A stretch of 64,000 nucleotides of DNA from an uncultured Verrucomicrobiota bacterium. Its GTDB lineage: Bacteria; Verrucomicrobiota; Kiritimatiellia; Kiritimatiellales; Pontiellaceae. A program made the position numbers and the translations under genes. Positions 1 through 9,980 of this stretch are shown here, piece after piece (positions within the stretch are counted from its first letter, which is position 1; each line of letters starts with the position of its first letter). Below the pieces are notes generated by a model. It was not told where the DNA came from and did no database searches. It saw only the letters and a program-made list of their open reading frames with translations. Where the stretch lies: assembly GCA_913065005.1 (NCBI GenBank), contig CAJYAJ010000003.1, positions 5,616 to 69,615 on the forward strand, read 5' to 3'.

Positions 1-6
1 TAAACC

Positions 7-528
7 ATGAGCCCCTCCACTTCCATGCGATATGCCGATCGAGAACGCCATGAGCTCCCATTTGACTGGCCAACCGTGCCATTTGAAATTGTCCTTGTTG
101 AACCAGTCATCCCCCCGAATACCGGAAACATAGCGCGCCTCTGCGCCGCCACCGGAACCCCCCTACACCTCATCGAACCACTCGGATTCGATCTATCCGA
201 AAAACAAGTCCGGCGCGCAGGTCTCGATTATTGGGAAGCCGTCAACCTTACCGTACACCCCAACTTCGATCGCTACCTACAGGCCACCCCACAAGCACCC
301 CGTCACCTCTTTACCACCTCCGCCACACAAGATCATGCACAAATTACCTATCAACCCGGCGCGCATTTAATCTTTGGCAGTGAAACTCACGGCCTCTCCA
401 ATACGATCCTCAACCGATTCCCACATCAAGGCTGCAACATTCCCATTCAGCTCGGCGCAGTTCGCTCACTCAACCTCGCCAACGCCGTCTCGATCGCCCT
501 CTACACCGCTCTGCGAAATCGAGCCTAA
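7..528 (+). CDS. trmL: tRNA (cytidine/uridine-34 2'-O)-methyltransferase, SpoU family
   Basis: Motifs IVLVEPVIPPNTGNIARLCA, RRAGLDYW, FGSETHGL, RSLNLANAV. Confidence 0.92.
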   Translation: MSPSTSMRYADRERHELPFDWPTVPFEIVLVEPVIPPNTGNIARLCAATGTPLHLIEPLGFDLSEKQVRRAGLDYWEAVNLTVHPNFDRYLQATPQAPRHLFTTSATQDHAQITYQPGAHLIFGSETHGLSNTILNRFPHQGCNIPIQLGAVRSLNLANAVSIALYTALRNRA

Positions 529-592
529 AAAAATTGAACATCCGCCTCGGAAACCTGTCCGTATCGGCAACCATTTAAAATAGGAGTTAATC

Positions 593-1579
593 ATGGCTGG
601 TATTGAAATCATCAATCAACGCGTCCGCGAAGAGAGCGCGTTCGTGAGTTCCCTTAAACAAGAAGTCGGAAAAGTTATCGTCGGGCAATCCGCGTTAATA
701 GACCGGCTCATCATCGGTCTGCTCACCAATGGACACGTCTTGCTCGAAGGCGTACCCGGACTCGCCAAAACCCTTACCATTCAAACCTTATCGCAAGCAC
801 TTGCCACCGACTTTCAACGCATTCAGTTTACACCTGACCTTCTGCCTGCCGACCTGATTGGAACCCTCATCTATAATCAGAAAGAGGGCGACTTCATCAT
901 CAAAAAAGGCCCCGTTTTTTCAAACATCATTCTTGCCGACGAAATCAACCGCGCGCCCGCCAAAGTCCAAAGCGCACTCCTAGAAGCGATGCAAGAGCGG
1001 CAAGTCACCATCGGAGAAGAAACCTTTGCCCTCCCACAACCCTTCCTCGTCATGGCAACCGAAAACCCAGTTGAACAAGAAGGCACCTATCCACTCCCAG
1101 AAGCCCAAGTCGACCGATTCATGCTCAAAATTTGTGTCGACTACCCTTCCCGCGAAGAAGAACGTCTTATTCTCGACCGCATGGCACATGCCGAACCACC
1201 GCCACCCATTCAACCCATCATCACCCCCGAACAAATCCTACGCGCCCGGCAAACCGTCGATGAAATCTATATCGACGATAAAATTAAAGCCTATATCATT
1301 GACCTAATCTTCGCCACCCGCGAACCCGAGCAAGCAGGACTCAACCTACAAGAATATATCAAATACGGGGCCTCGCCACGTGCCACCATTAGCCTCACCC
1401 TCGCGGCCCGCGCACACGCCTTCATGGAAGGCCGCGGATACGTAACCCCACAAGACATCAAATCAGTCGCTCCAGACGTCCTTCGCCATCGCCTACTTCT
1501 CACCTATGAAGCCGAAGCGGAAGAACTCACCTCCGACGAACTCATTCGCCAAATCCTCGCTGAAATTCCTGTACCCTGA
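593..1579 (+). CDS. moxR: MoxR-family AAA+ ATPase
   Basis: HVLLEGVPGLAKT (Walker A), RIQFTPDLLPAD, LADEINRAPAKVQSALLEAMQE, YGASPR; SD TAGGAG upstream. Confidence 0.95.
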   Translation: MAGIEIINQRVREESAFVSSLKQEVGKVIVGQSALIDRLIIGLLTNGHVLLEGVPGLAKTLTIQTLSQALATDFQRIQFTPDLLPADLIGTLIYNQKEGDFIIKKGPVFSNIILADEINRAPAKVQSALLEAMQERQVTIGEETFALPQPFLVMATENPVEQEGTYPLPEAQVDRFMLKICVDYPSREEERLILDRMAHAEPPPPIQPIITPEQILRARQTVDEIYIDDKIKAYIIDLIFATREPEQAGLNLQEYIKYGASPRATISLTLAARAHAFMEGRGYVTPQDIKSVAPDVLRHRLLLTYEAEAEELTSDELIRQILAEIPVP

Positions 1580-1582
1580 TCC

Positions 1583-2470
1583 ATGCCGACACTCGATCCA
1601 AAAGAACTGATTAAAAAAGTGAGGCGCATCCAAATTCAAACGCGCCACACCGTAAACGATCTGTTTGCCGGTCAATATCACTCCACGTTTAAAGGACGCG
1701 GCATGGAATTTGAGGAAGTTCGCGAATACATGCCCGGCGACGACATCCGCACGATCGACTGGAATGTAACAGCTCGCTCTGGACGCCCCTACATCAAAAA
1801 ATTTACCGAAGAACGCGAACTCACGGTGATGCTTCTTGTAGACGTCAGCGCCTCCAACCTCTTCGGTACTCAATCCCAACTCAAGCGAGACCTCGCCACC
1901 GAAATTGCCGCCGTACTCGCCTTCTCAGCGATTCGCAACAACGACCGAATCGGGCTCATTCTCTTTTCTGATCAGATCGAAAAAGTCATCCCCGCCCAAA
2001 AAGGAACCCAACACGTCCTGCGCATCATTCGCGAACTCCTCACCTTCGAGCCCACTGGAAAAAAAAGCAGCTTAATCCCCGCACTCGATTATCTCAATCA
2101 TATCTGCCCCCGCCGCGTCACCACCTTTCTGCTCAGCGACTTCTATTTTGACGACACCCCCGAATCAATGCTCAAAACAACCGCTCGCCGACACGACCTC
2201 ATCTCCGTCCAACTCGGCGACCGCTGCGAAACCGCCCTCCCCGCCGCCGGCTTAATCACCTGGCAAGATGCAGAAACCGGCGCCTGTTCACTCATCGACA
2301 CCTCAAGCCCCCACGTGCGCAACGCCCTTCTCCTTCAGCAAACCGAACGAACCAAAACCCTTGAAACCCTCCACCGCCGTAACGGAATTGACCTCATCCA
2401 ACTCTACACCGATGAACCCTATGAAAAAGCGTTCCGCACCTTCTTCGCCAACCGAGCCCATCGCCGTTAA
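1583..2470 (+). CDS. DUF58 (vWA-like) MoxR partner
   Basis: GMEFEEVREYMPGDDIRTIDWNVTAR signature; directly follows moxR. Confidence 0.92.
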   Translation: MPTLDPKELIKKVRRIQIQTRHTVNDLFAGQYHSTFKGRGMEFEEVREYMPGDDIRTIDWNVTARSGRPYIKKFTEERELTVMLLVDVSASNLFGTQSQLKRDLATEIAAVLAFSAIRNNDRIGLILFSDQIEKVIPAQKGTQHVLRIIRELLTFEPTGKKSSLIPALDYLNHICPRRVTTFLLSDFYFDDTPESMLKTTARRHDLISVQLGDRCETALPAAGLITWQDAETGACSLIDTSSPHVRNALLLQQTERTKTLETLHRRNGIDLIQLYTDEPYEKAFRTFFANRAHRR

Positions 2471-2472
2471 TC

Positions 2473-3408
2473 ATGAAGCCATATTTTCTCATTTTATCCC
2501 TCCTCATAAGCGGCTGCCAACCCGCCACCAAAACGGTATATCCCACCGACCAACTCACCCTAGAAAGCAATTGCACCCAAACCAACCTCACCATCGGAGA
2601 AGTGATCGAATTCACAATTACAACGACCTATCCCCCCGAAGCCCTCATCCAACTTCCCGAACTAGGCCGTAAAAAAGAGATCATTCAACTCGAACGCAAT
2701 TGGGAACCCGTTGAACGAGCCGATACGCTAGAACAAACCCACTATCACTATCGCCTCACCAGTTTCGAACTAGGCACTCATCAGATAAGCACCAACTCCA
2801 TTCTATTCACATACCAAGGCGAAACACACGCTCATCCCTTCCCCCCCATCGTCTTAAACGTCATCTCCAGTTTGCCGCCCGACGCCCCCTTCAAACTAGC
2901 CCCTCTCCGCCCCCCTCATCCGCTTCCCGCCCGCCTACCCCGCTGGCTCATCATCGTTATCATCGCCGGCATCATCGCCTATATAATGGGCCGCCTCTCG
3001 ACTCGTCTGTGGAAAAATCGCACCTCCACCAAGCCCACACCGCCCCCCATTCCCGCCCACCTCATTGCCCTCCGTCAACTTGAAGTCCTCCGCGCGGGAC
3101 CGCTCATGCAAGCGCAGCAATCCGAACCCTTTGTTACCGAACTCTCATGCATCCTACGCCGCTACCTCGAAGCCCGCTTCCAGCTCAATGCCCCCGACCA
3201 AACCACCGAAGAAATTCTAGCAGACCTCACCCGCTCCCCCGCACTCACCCCTCAACAACAAACCACCCTCAACACCTTTCTCCAACAAGCCGACGTCGTA
3301 AAATTTGCCAAAGGCGAATGGGAACGCACCGCCATGGATGAAGCCTTCCAGACCACCCGCACCTTTGTTCAAGATACTGCACAACATCCTGAGGGAGAAC
3401 CCACATGA
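2473..3408 (+). CDS. Bat-operon membrane/lipoprotein (DUF4381-like)
   Basis: Lipobox-like LISGC, central TM, C-terminal LRRYLEARF..TTEE..ADVVKFA; lies between DUF58 and batA. Confidence 0.7.
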   Translation: MKPYFLILSLLISGCQPATKTVYPTDQLTLESNCTQTNLTIGEVIEFTITTTYPPEALIQLPELGRKKEIIQLERNWEPVERADTLEQTHYHYRLTSFELGTHQISTNSILFTYQGETHAHPFPPIVLNVISSLPPDAPFKLAPLRPPHPLPARLPRWLIIVIIAGIIAYIMGRLSTRLWKNRTSTKPTPPPIPAHLIALRQLEVLRAGPLMQAQQSEPFVTELSCILRRYLEARFQLNAPDQTTEEILADLTRSPALTPQQQTTLNTFLQQADVVKFAKGEWERTAMDEAFQTTRTFVQDTAQHPEGEPT

Positions 3409-4364
3409 TTCGTTTTGCTGAGCCACTGCTGTTGTTGCTGTTATTGACCATCCCGGTATTTCTTTTTCTCCGAAACCGGCGGCGCAACACCATTCTGTTC
3501 AGCCGCGTTCAACTCCTTGAAACACTCCCCCGTAGCTGGGCACAAAGGCTGCAACCCCTGCTCCCTATCCTATACACACTCGCCCTCATCACACTCATCA
3601 TCGCCCTCGCCCGCCCCCAACGCGGTCTCGATGAAAGCCTTGTCCGCACCGAAGCCGTTGACATGATTCTATTGCTCGACCTATCCGAATCCATGGACAC
3701 ACAAGACTTCACTCGCGCCAACCAGCGCATCAGCCGATTAGATGCCACCAAAGACGTCCTCAATCGTTTTCTTGCAAATCGACCCAACGATCGCATCGGC
3801 ATGGTTGGCTTTGCCTCACTCCCCTACGCCGTCGCCCCCCTCACCCTTGATCATAGCTGGCTCATCGAACGGATGAAATCGCTCCACACACGCATGCTCG
3901 ACGGACGACGAACCGCCATTGGCGACGGCATTGCCTCAGCCGTTAATCGCCTACGCGATAGCGAAGCAAAAAGCAAAGTCGTCATTCTCTTAACCGACGG
4001 CGCCAACAACGCCGGCACACTCTCGCCCGAAAACGCCGCTACCGCCGCCGCCGCTCTCGACATAAAAATCTACACGATTGGCGCCGCCGGAGTGCGCACA
4101 GGCTTTTTCGCCAACCGCAACGAAGTTGACGAAGAAACCCTCATGCAACTCGCTCAAACGACCGGCGGACGCTTCTATCGAGCGCGCAACCTCGCCAATC
4201 TAGAAGCGATCTACGATGAAATTGACCAACTCGAAAAAACCGAAATCGAAGTAGAACGCTATACCCGCTATCAAGAACTCGCAGGCAACTGGATGCTCGC
4301 CAGCCTCCTCCTCTTCACCATAGAACAACTGCTCTCAACCAGTCGACTCGGGAGGCTCCCATGA
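3405..4364 (+). CDS. batA: BatA-like vWA domain membrane protein
   Basis: IALARPQ, MIDAS DLSESM, TAIGDGI, LLTDGANNAG, TGGRFYRA. Confidence 0.88.
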   Translation: MIRFAEPLLLLLLLTIPVFLFLRNRRRNTILFSRVQLLETLPRSWAQRLQPLLPILYTLALITLIIALARPQRGLDESLVRTEAVDMILLLDLSESMDTQDFTRANQRISRLDATKDVLNRFLANRPNDRIGMVGFASLPYAVAPLTLDHSWLIERMKSLHTRMLDGRRTAIGDGIASAVNRLRDSEAKSKVVILLTDGANNAGTLSPENAATAAAALDIKIYTIGAAGVRTGFFANRNEVDEETLMQLAQTTGGRFYRARNLANLEAIYDEIDQLEKTEIEVERYTRYQELAGNWMLASLLLFTIEQLLSTSRLGRLP

Positions 4365-5365
4365 TACACTGGGCAAATCCCGATGCACATCTCTATCTCC
4401 TCGCCTTACTCCCCATAAGCGGATGGCTTCTTTATGCCCTTCGTCGCCGCACCCGAAAATTGAAACAAGCCATTCATCCCTCCCAATGGCCCACCCTCAT
4501 CCCCGCCTATTCGTCCAAACGAATTCGTGGGCGCCACGCCCTACGCCTGCTGGCCACGACCCTCCTTTTACTTGCTCTCGCTCGCCCCCAATGGGGCTAT
4601 GAATGGGAACCCGTTCGACAACGCGGACTCCACATTCTCGTCGCCCTCGACACCTCCAAAAGCATGCTCGCCCAAGACCTCAAACCCACCCGCCTTCAGC
4701 AAGCCAAATGGGGCATCCGCGATCTGATAAACGAACTCAATGGCGACCGCATCGGCCTCATCGCTTTCTCCGGAGATGCATTCCTTCAATGCCCCGCCAC
4801 CAGCGACTATGCCGCCTTCCGAATGATGCTCGACGATCTCTATGCCGGCATCGTTCCCATGGGTGGAACCGATCTCTATCAAGCACTTGATTGCGCCATT
4901 GAAAGCTTCGAAGAAACCGATACGGGGCAAGCTGACCGCGTTGTTATTCTCATCTCCGATGGAGAAAGTCATACCGGCAACGCAAGCGACCTCGTCGACA
5001 CATTACATGCCGCCAACATTCGCGTCTTTACCATCGGCGTTGGCACCCAAGATGGAGAGCTCATCCAAACCTCGCAAGGTTTCATAAAAGATGACCAAGG
5101 TCGCGTAGTTAAAAGCCGCCTACATGAACAAGAACTCGAGTCGATCGCTCGACAGACCGGTGGGTTTTATGTCCGCTCCGCCCCCGGAGATTTTGGACTC
5201 GAACGCGTCTATCACGAAGGCATTTCCCACTTGCAAAAAGAGGAGCAAAACGAACGCATGTCTCGCATTTGGACCGAGCGATTTCCTCTCTTTCTGAGCG
5301 GAGCTCTTCTCCTACTCCTGCTTGAAGCACTGCTTCCTACCGCCCGAAAAGGAGCAACTTCATGA
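4361..5365 (+). CDS. batB: BatB-like vWA domain membrane protein
   Basis: LARPQWG, DTSKSMLAQDLKPTRL, ISDGE, IGVGT; ATGA overlap with batA. Confidence 0.88.
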   Translation: MIHWANPDAHLYLLALLPISGWLLYALRRRTRKLKQAIHPSQWPTLIPAYSSKRIRGRHALRLLATTLLLLALARPQWGYEWEPVRQRGLHILVALDTSKSMLAQDLKPTRLQQAKWGIRDLINELNGDRIGLIAFSGDAFLQCPATSDYAAFRMMLDDLYAGIVPMGGTDLYQALDCAIESFEETDTGQADRVVILISDGESHTGNASDLVDTLHAANIRVFTIGVGTQDGELIQTSQGFIKDDQGRVVKSRLHEQELESIARQTGGFYVRSAPGDFGLERVYHEGISHLQKEEQNERMSRIWTERFPLFLSGALLLLLLEALLPTARKGATS

Positions 5366-6243
5366 TCCATCGACTTCTCCCCATCCTACTGATTATTGCA
5401 TGCACTGCCGGAGCCGAAGAATCTCCCCGAACCACCATGAAAAAAGGACTTCGCGCCTATCAAACTGGCAACTACACAAATGCCGTCGAAGCCCTCAAAA
5501 AGACCGTACTCACCTATCCCGATCTCGGGCACTTCAACCTGGCTGCCGCCCATTTTAAACAGAATGAATTTAAAGAGGCCTCCACCCATTTTCAAGAAGC
5601 CCTACGCAGTACCGACCTCACCCTCCAAGCCGATGCATACTACAACCGCGGCAACGCACTGCTAGCACAAACCACCCAGCTAGCCGGTCCCGAAGAAATC
5701 AACACCGCCATACAACTCGCGTTTGAAGCCATGGAACAATTCGAATTCTCTCTCCGACTCGAACCTGACGCACTAGATGCCAAACAAAACTATGAGCACG
5801 CCGCCCAGCTTCGCCTTTCACTCGAATTCAAGCAGGGCAAGTGGTTCTTTGATAACGCCGAAACATGCCTGCAAGAAAACCAAGCGAAACAAGCCCAAGC
5901 AAACTACCAAAAAGCCCAACAGCAATTTGAAAAAATTCTCACCGAAATAGATCCCACCCACCTCGAATCCACACGACTTCTGCCCCGCACAAAAGAACGC
6001 CTTGCCATGCTAGCCCAAGCCGTCGCCGATGCCCAAGCCGACCTCACCCAATCACTCCGCCTCATCCAAGACTATCAATATCTCCTCGCCGCCAACCTAC
6101 TTGTTCGCGAAAGTCCCGAACGAAACTATGCATTTGATATTCAACCCGAACTCAAAACGCAATATGAGCAAACCATGCAAAAAAACCAACAAATCATTGC
6201 CATCGTCAACGATCTACTCAAGGAAGTGAATACAGCAAAATGA
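5362..6243 (+). CDS. Secreted TPR protein (BatC-like N-terminal part)
   Basis: Signal peptide; TPR motifs HFNLAAAHFK, AYYNRGNAL, DAKQNYE. Confidence 0.75.
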   Translation: MIHRLLPILLIIACTAGAEESPRTTMKKGLRAYQTGNYTNAVEALKKTVLTYPDLGHFNLAAAHFKQNEFKEASTHFQEALRSTDLTLQADAYYNRGNALLAQTTQLAGPEEINTAIQLAFEAMEQFEFSLRLEPDALDAKQNYEHAAQLRLSLEFKQGKWFFDNAETCLQENQAKQAQANYQKAQQQFEKILTEIDPTHLESTRLLPRTKERLAMLAQAVADAQADLTQSLRLIQDYQYLLAANLLVRESPERNYAFDIQPELKTQYEQTMQKNQQIIAIVNDLLKEVNTAK

Positions 6244-6767
6244 ACCGGTACGCGCTCATCTTTATACTCTCGCCTCTTCTCTCGCTGGCAAATGTCGACC
6301 ACGATTATTTCCACCCCGCCGCCAGCGCCTTTATTCATGGAGAGAGCACCGCCGCCAGTAACCGCGTCGAACGCGGACTCCAACGCTATCCAAATGACCC
6401 AAAGCTGACGCGCCTAAAAAACCTGCTCAAACAACAGCAACAAGAACAACAAGAACAACAAGAACAACAGAATCAGGATGAGCCCTCCGAAAATCAAAAT
6501 CAAGATTCGCAAGATTCAACACAAGAAACAGACCCCTCCCAAAATCAATCGGATGCCAACGATCAGCCCGAGACCCCGCCCGATACGCCCTCCCAACCAG
6601 AAGAAAATGATTCAGAAACAACTCCTCAGCCCATGCCACAAGCAGAAGAGATGAGCCCCGATGAAGCACAACGTTTGCTTGATGCCATGCGCCAGGATGA
6701 GGAAAATAAACGATCGCAATTACGTCCCATCATGGGCACACCCTTCAACGTGGAGCGAGATTGGTAA
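6240..6767 (+). CDS. Secreted Gln/Asp-rich protein carrying the BatC-type C-terminal motif
   Basis: Signal peptide, Q/E/D/P-rich linker, EA.RLLDAMRQDE...RDW terminus; coupled overlaps on both sides. Confidence 0.7.
   Translation: MNRYALIFILSPLLSLANVDHDYFHPAASAFIHGESTAASNRVERGLQRYPNDPKLTRLKNLLKQQQQEQQEQQEQQNQDEPSENQNQDSQDSTQETDPSQNQSDANDQPETPPDTPSQPEENDSETTPQPMPQAEEMSPDEAQRLLDAMRQDEENKRSQLRPIMGTPFNVERDW
6438..6464 (+). repeat. In-frame 9-bp tandem repeat (CAACAAGAA)x3 encoding QQE
   Basis: Read directly from the sequence inside the Gln-rich linker. Confidence 0.85.
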
Positions 6768-8506
6768 TGAACAAACGCATCATCTATTTTTTATGGACCG
6801 GGCTCGTAATACTCAACGCCCATGCCGCCGATGTACAGATGAAGCTAGATCGCAATATAATCAGCCTGCTCGACCGAGTCGTCCTCTCTATAGAATTTAT
6901 CGATACCAAAGGTGATGCAATCGAATTTCCCGTTATCGACGGCCTAGATATTCAATACCAAGGGCAAAGCTCCGAAACGCGCATCATCAATATGCAACGC
7001 ACCTTCAAAGTCATTCATCGCTACCTTATTACACCCAAACAAACCGGAAACTTTACCATTGGTCCCGTTCAAATTGATTTCCCAGGAGGAAGCCAAACAC
7101 TCCAAGCCCAATTACAAGTGATCCAATCCCCAAACGATTCGGAAGCACAACAACTCAGTCAGCTACTCTATGCCCAAATTGAAAGCACTCATTCCAACCC
7201 CTACGTCTATGAACCCTTTGATTTAACCCTGACGCTTTATGTTCGCGAAGGCATCCAAATCGATAACAACATCTCGATCCTCGGCGGCCTCCCTGAACAA
7301 GGCATTGATGGAGACCCCGACTGGAAGCGGGTCCATCAAGAGCAACGCGTAATCCAAGATCATATCTATACGATCACCACCCTAAAAGCCACCTTCCAAA
7401 CCATCACCGCAGGCACCTTCGTCTTTGAACCAAACGTACAACTGAACCTCGTAGTTCCCCGACAAAATCGTCGCACCTATGGATTTAACGACCCCTTCTT
7501 CGGAGACTTTTTCGGGCGCCAAGAACACCGCCCCGTTAAATTGGAATGCAATAAACTCACCCTCCCCGTCCGCCCCGTACCACAGAAAAATCGCCCCCCC
7601 ACCTATACCGGTGCCGTCGGAAAATTCGAATTTCAAGCCCACATCACCCCCACTCAACTTAAAACCGGTGAGCCCATCACCCTCATAAGCCGCATCCAAG
7701 GGATTGGCAACCTCGATAAAATCACTCCTCCCATTCTAGCCACCAATGCAGCCTATAAACTCTACACTCCACGCATCCTCCCCTCCGCAGAAAACAACAC
7801 CCTTCAGTTTGAACAGATCATCATTCCTCAATCCACAGAACTCAATCAGATCCCAGCCATCCACTTTTCATACTTCAACACCCAAGATGAGAGCTTCCAT
7901 ACCCTCACCGCCGGCCCATTCGCCATCGAACTTACCCCAGGAGATCAAGCTCGCCTGCTCAGCTCTAACCCCTCCCCATCTGAACTCACCCTACGCACAT
8001 TGGAGCACGACATTATTCATCTAAAACCTCAGCCTAAAAACTGGGAAAACCCCTATACCCTCGAAGATCTTACAACGCGAAAGGCTCTCATCTGGATTAC
8101 CACCCCCCCCCTACTTTGGGTGGCAAGCTTTCTTTGGATTAGTAGCCAGCGCCGCCGTCAACGCAAACCGGCATATCAGCGCCGTGCCCAAGCATGGCCT
8201 GAAGCAGCACGTGCCTTAAAAAGCGCTGAAAAAGCACTGAAAAAAAATGATTTATCAGGCGCTAACGAAGCGCTCTATCAAGCAATAGCCACCTATTTCG
8301 GACACCGCTTAAATCTTCCCCCCGGAGAGGTAACCCATACACGTATCATTCAAGCCTTTAGCCAAGAACAAGTCGCCTTAACCGACCTCCTTAACACCAT
8401 TGAGCACAACCGCTATAGTCCATCCTCGCCCCCTCAAGAAACGATTCAAACACAGATCAAAACCACCCATCGTCTTCTGCAAACATGTGAAAGGATTCGC
8501 GTATGA
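6767..8506 (+). CDS. batD: BatD-like protein
   Basis: Signal peptide, PKQTGNFTIGP, YTGAVGKF, GEPITL..QGIGNL, C-terminal TM; ATG at 6767 overlaps the upstream TAA. Confidence 0.85.
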   Translation: MNKRIIYFLWTGLVILNAHAADVQMKLDRNIISLLDRVVLSIEFIDTKGDAIEFPVIDGLDIQYQGQSSETRIINMQRTFKVIHRYLITPKQTGNFTIGPVQIDFPGGSQTLQAQLQVIQSPNDSEAQQLSQLLYAQIESTHSNPYVYEPFDLTLTLYVREGIQIDNNISILGGLPEQGIDGDPDWKRVHQEQRVIQDHIYTITTLKATFQTITAGTFVFEPNVQLNLVVPRQNRRTYGFNDPFFGDFFGRQEHRPVKLECNKLTLPVRPVPQKNRPPTYTGAVGKFEFQAHITPTQLKTGEPITLISRIQGIGNLDKITPPILATNAAYKLYTPRILPSAENNTLQFEQIIIPQSTELNQIPAIHFSYFNTQDESFHTLTAGPFAIELTPGDQARLLSSNPSPSELTLRTLEHDIIHLKPQPKNWENPYTLEDLTTRKALIWITTPPLLWVASFLWISSQRRRQRKPAYQRRAQAWPEAARALKSAEKALKKNDLSGANEALYQAIATYFGHRLNLPPGEVTHTRIIQAFSQEQVALTDLLNTIEHNRYSPSSPPQETIQTQIKTTHRLLQTCERIRV

Positions 8507-9225
8507 AGATATACACCCTTCTAGGACTCCTCCTGCTTCCGCTTCATTTTTTGAGCGCACAACAAAATCAATTTCATGAAGCTGAAAATGCCTATGCAAG
8601 CGGCATCTATCAAGAAGCCATTGATCTTTATCAACAACTAATCAACGAACCATCAAATCAACCCGAGCTCTATTTCAATCTCGGCAATGCAGCCTATAAA
8701 AAAGGCGATCTAGCTCTTGCGATTAAAAGCTACCGGCGCGCTCAATATCTAGCCCCTACTGACCCTGACATTCGAGCGAACCTTCGCTATGCTCTTGATA
8801 CCATAGGGGCCCCTATCCCCGAAAAAAACCGCTTTGAGCGCATCGTCTTCTCTCTATCAGAAAGCCAATGGATTCAACTCGCCATCGGGCTCTATGGGCT
8901 CCTTATCATCGCCCTCTTTATCATACTTATTCTCAACCGACCGCAACTCGTCCTAAAACGAATCGCCCGCCTATTTACTTTCTTTCTCGTGATATCCATC
9001 ATCGCTCTTGCTCAATATCAAAAACGCAACAATCATCCCGAATATGTCGTAATCGAGTCTGAAACCGCGGTTAAACTCGCCCCACTTGAAAACAGCAAGA
9101 TTGCATTTAATCTGCCAGCCGGATCCATCGTCTCCACCCTTCGTAAACATCAAAACGAATGGCTTCAAATTAAAATAAATCATCAAACCGGATGGATTAA
9201 AGCTCACCAGATAGACCCAATTTAA
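8503..9225 (+). CDS. batE: BatE-like TPR + SH3b protein
   Basis: LYFNLGNAAYK..G..AI..YRRA TPR, two TMs, C-terminal EWLQIK...GWI SH3-like end. Confidence 0.85.
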   Translation: MKIYTLLGLLLLPLHFLSAQQNQFHEAENAYASGIYQEAIDLYQQLINEPSNQPELYFNLGNAAYKKGDLALAIKSYRRAQYLAPTDPDIRANLRYALDTIGAPIPEKNRFERIVFSLSESQWIQLAIGLYGLLIIALFIILILNRPQLVLKRIARLFTFFLVISIIALAQYQKRNNHPEYVVIESETAVKLAPLENSKIAFNLPAGSIVSTLRKHQNEWLQIKINHQTGWIKAHQIDPI

Positions 9226-9263
9226 CCTTGTAAATAAACGCAACTTATTTAGTGTTTTAAAAT

Positions 9264-9491
9264 ATGTCATTAAAGCCACGATCAACGAATAAAGACGATC
9301 ACACCATGTTATGGTGGATTGCCATTCTTGCAATCGGCATCAGTGTATCCGTCTATATCTTCATGAAAAAACCGGCCGAAATTGATGTTGCAATCGAACG
9401 CACTCGGCTGCTTTTTCCTTTAATCGGGATAACCATTGCCGGTCTCTGCTTAATTTGTGGCATATCAAAAAAATGGTTCTCTAACCGCTAA
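9264..9491 (+). CDS. Small two-TM membrane protein, function unknown
   Basis: Two hydrophobic stretches; promoter-like TTGTAA-16-TAGTGT just upstream; alternative start 9306. Confidence 0.6.
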   Translation: MSLKPRSTNKDDHTMLWWIAILAIGISVSVYIFMKKPAEIDVAIERTRLLFPLIGITIAGLCLICGISKKWFSNR

Positions 9492-9510
9492 TCATTCGTG
9501 GAAATTTATC

Positions 9511-9768
9511 ATGAAAGCACATCTAGAATGGACCGATAAACCCGAGCCCGGCATCAAGCGAAAAGTCCGAATCACCTTCATTAAAGGCCGCCATATTAAA
9601 TGGCAATTCAAACGCTCCGATGAAGAGCAATGGAATTATGATCAATCCCCCACCCACGAAGATTGGGACCGGCTTGAAGAAAAAGCCGAAGCGCTGTATC
9701 AGCGCCGCCGCATGAAATATGATCACCTTGAATTAGTCCAAAAGCAACGCCCCAAAAAAACAACATGA
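9511..9768 (+). CDS. Hypothetical protein
   Basis: ATG at 9511, Trp-rich globular-looking sequence, ATGA overlap with the next gene. Confidence 0.65.
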   Translation: MKAHLEWTDKPEPGIKRKVRITFIKGRHIKWQFKRSDEEQWNYDQSPTHEDWDRLEEKAEALYQRRRMKYDHLELVQKQRPKKTT

Positions 9769-9980
9769 TTGAATTTATCCTCAAAAGCGAAACCATTGAA
9801 CTATGTCGCCTGCTCAAGGCGGTCAATGTCGTCGCTTCAGGCGCCCAAGGCAAAGAGGTCGTTTCAGAAGGATGGGTTGAGGTTGACGGACAGATTGAAA
9901 CCCGAAAACGCTGTCAAATACGGGCCGGTCAAACCGTCTCATTCAACGGCGAAACCATTCACGTTAGCCTCGCCGATTAA
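9765..9980 (+). CDS. Small S4-domain RNA-binding protein (YbcJ/YaaA-like)
   Basis: IELCRLLK...[23 protein letters not shown] pattern, 71 aa. Confidence 0.85.
   Translation: MIEFILKSETIELCRLLKAVNVVASGAQGKEVVSEGWVEVDGQIETRKRCQIRAGQTVSFNGETIHVSLAD

Noticed and set aside
593-9225. moxR-vWA-bat cluster as a novel system
   Set aside because: It matches the described MoxR/Bat operon organisation; only the split BatC is noted.
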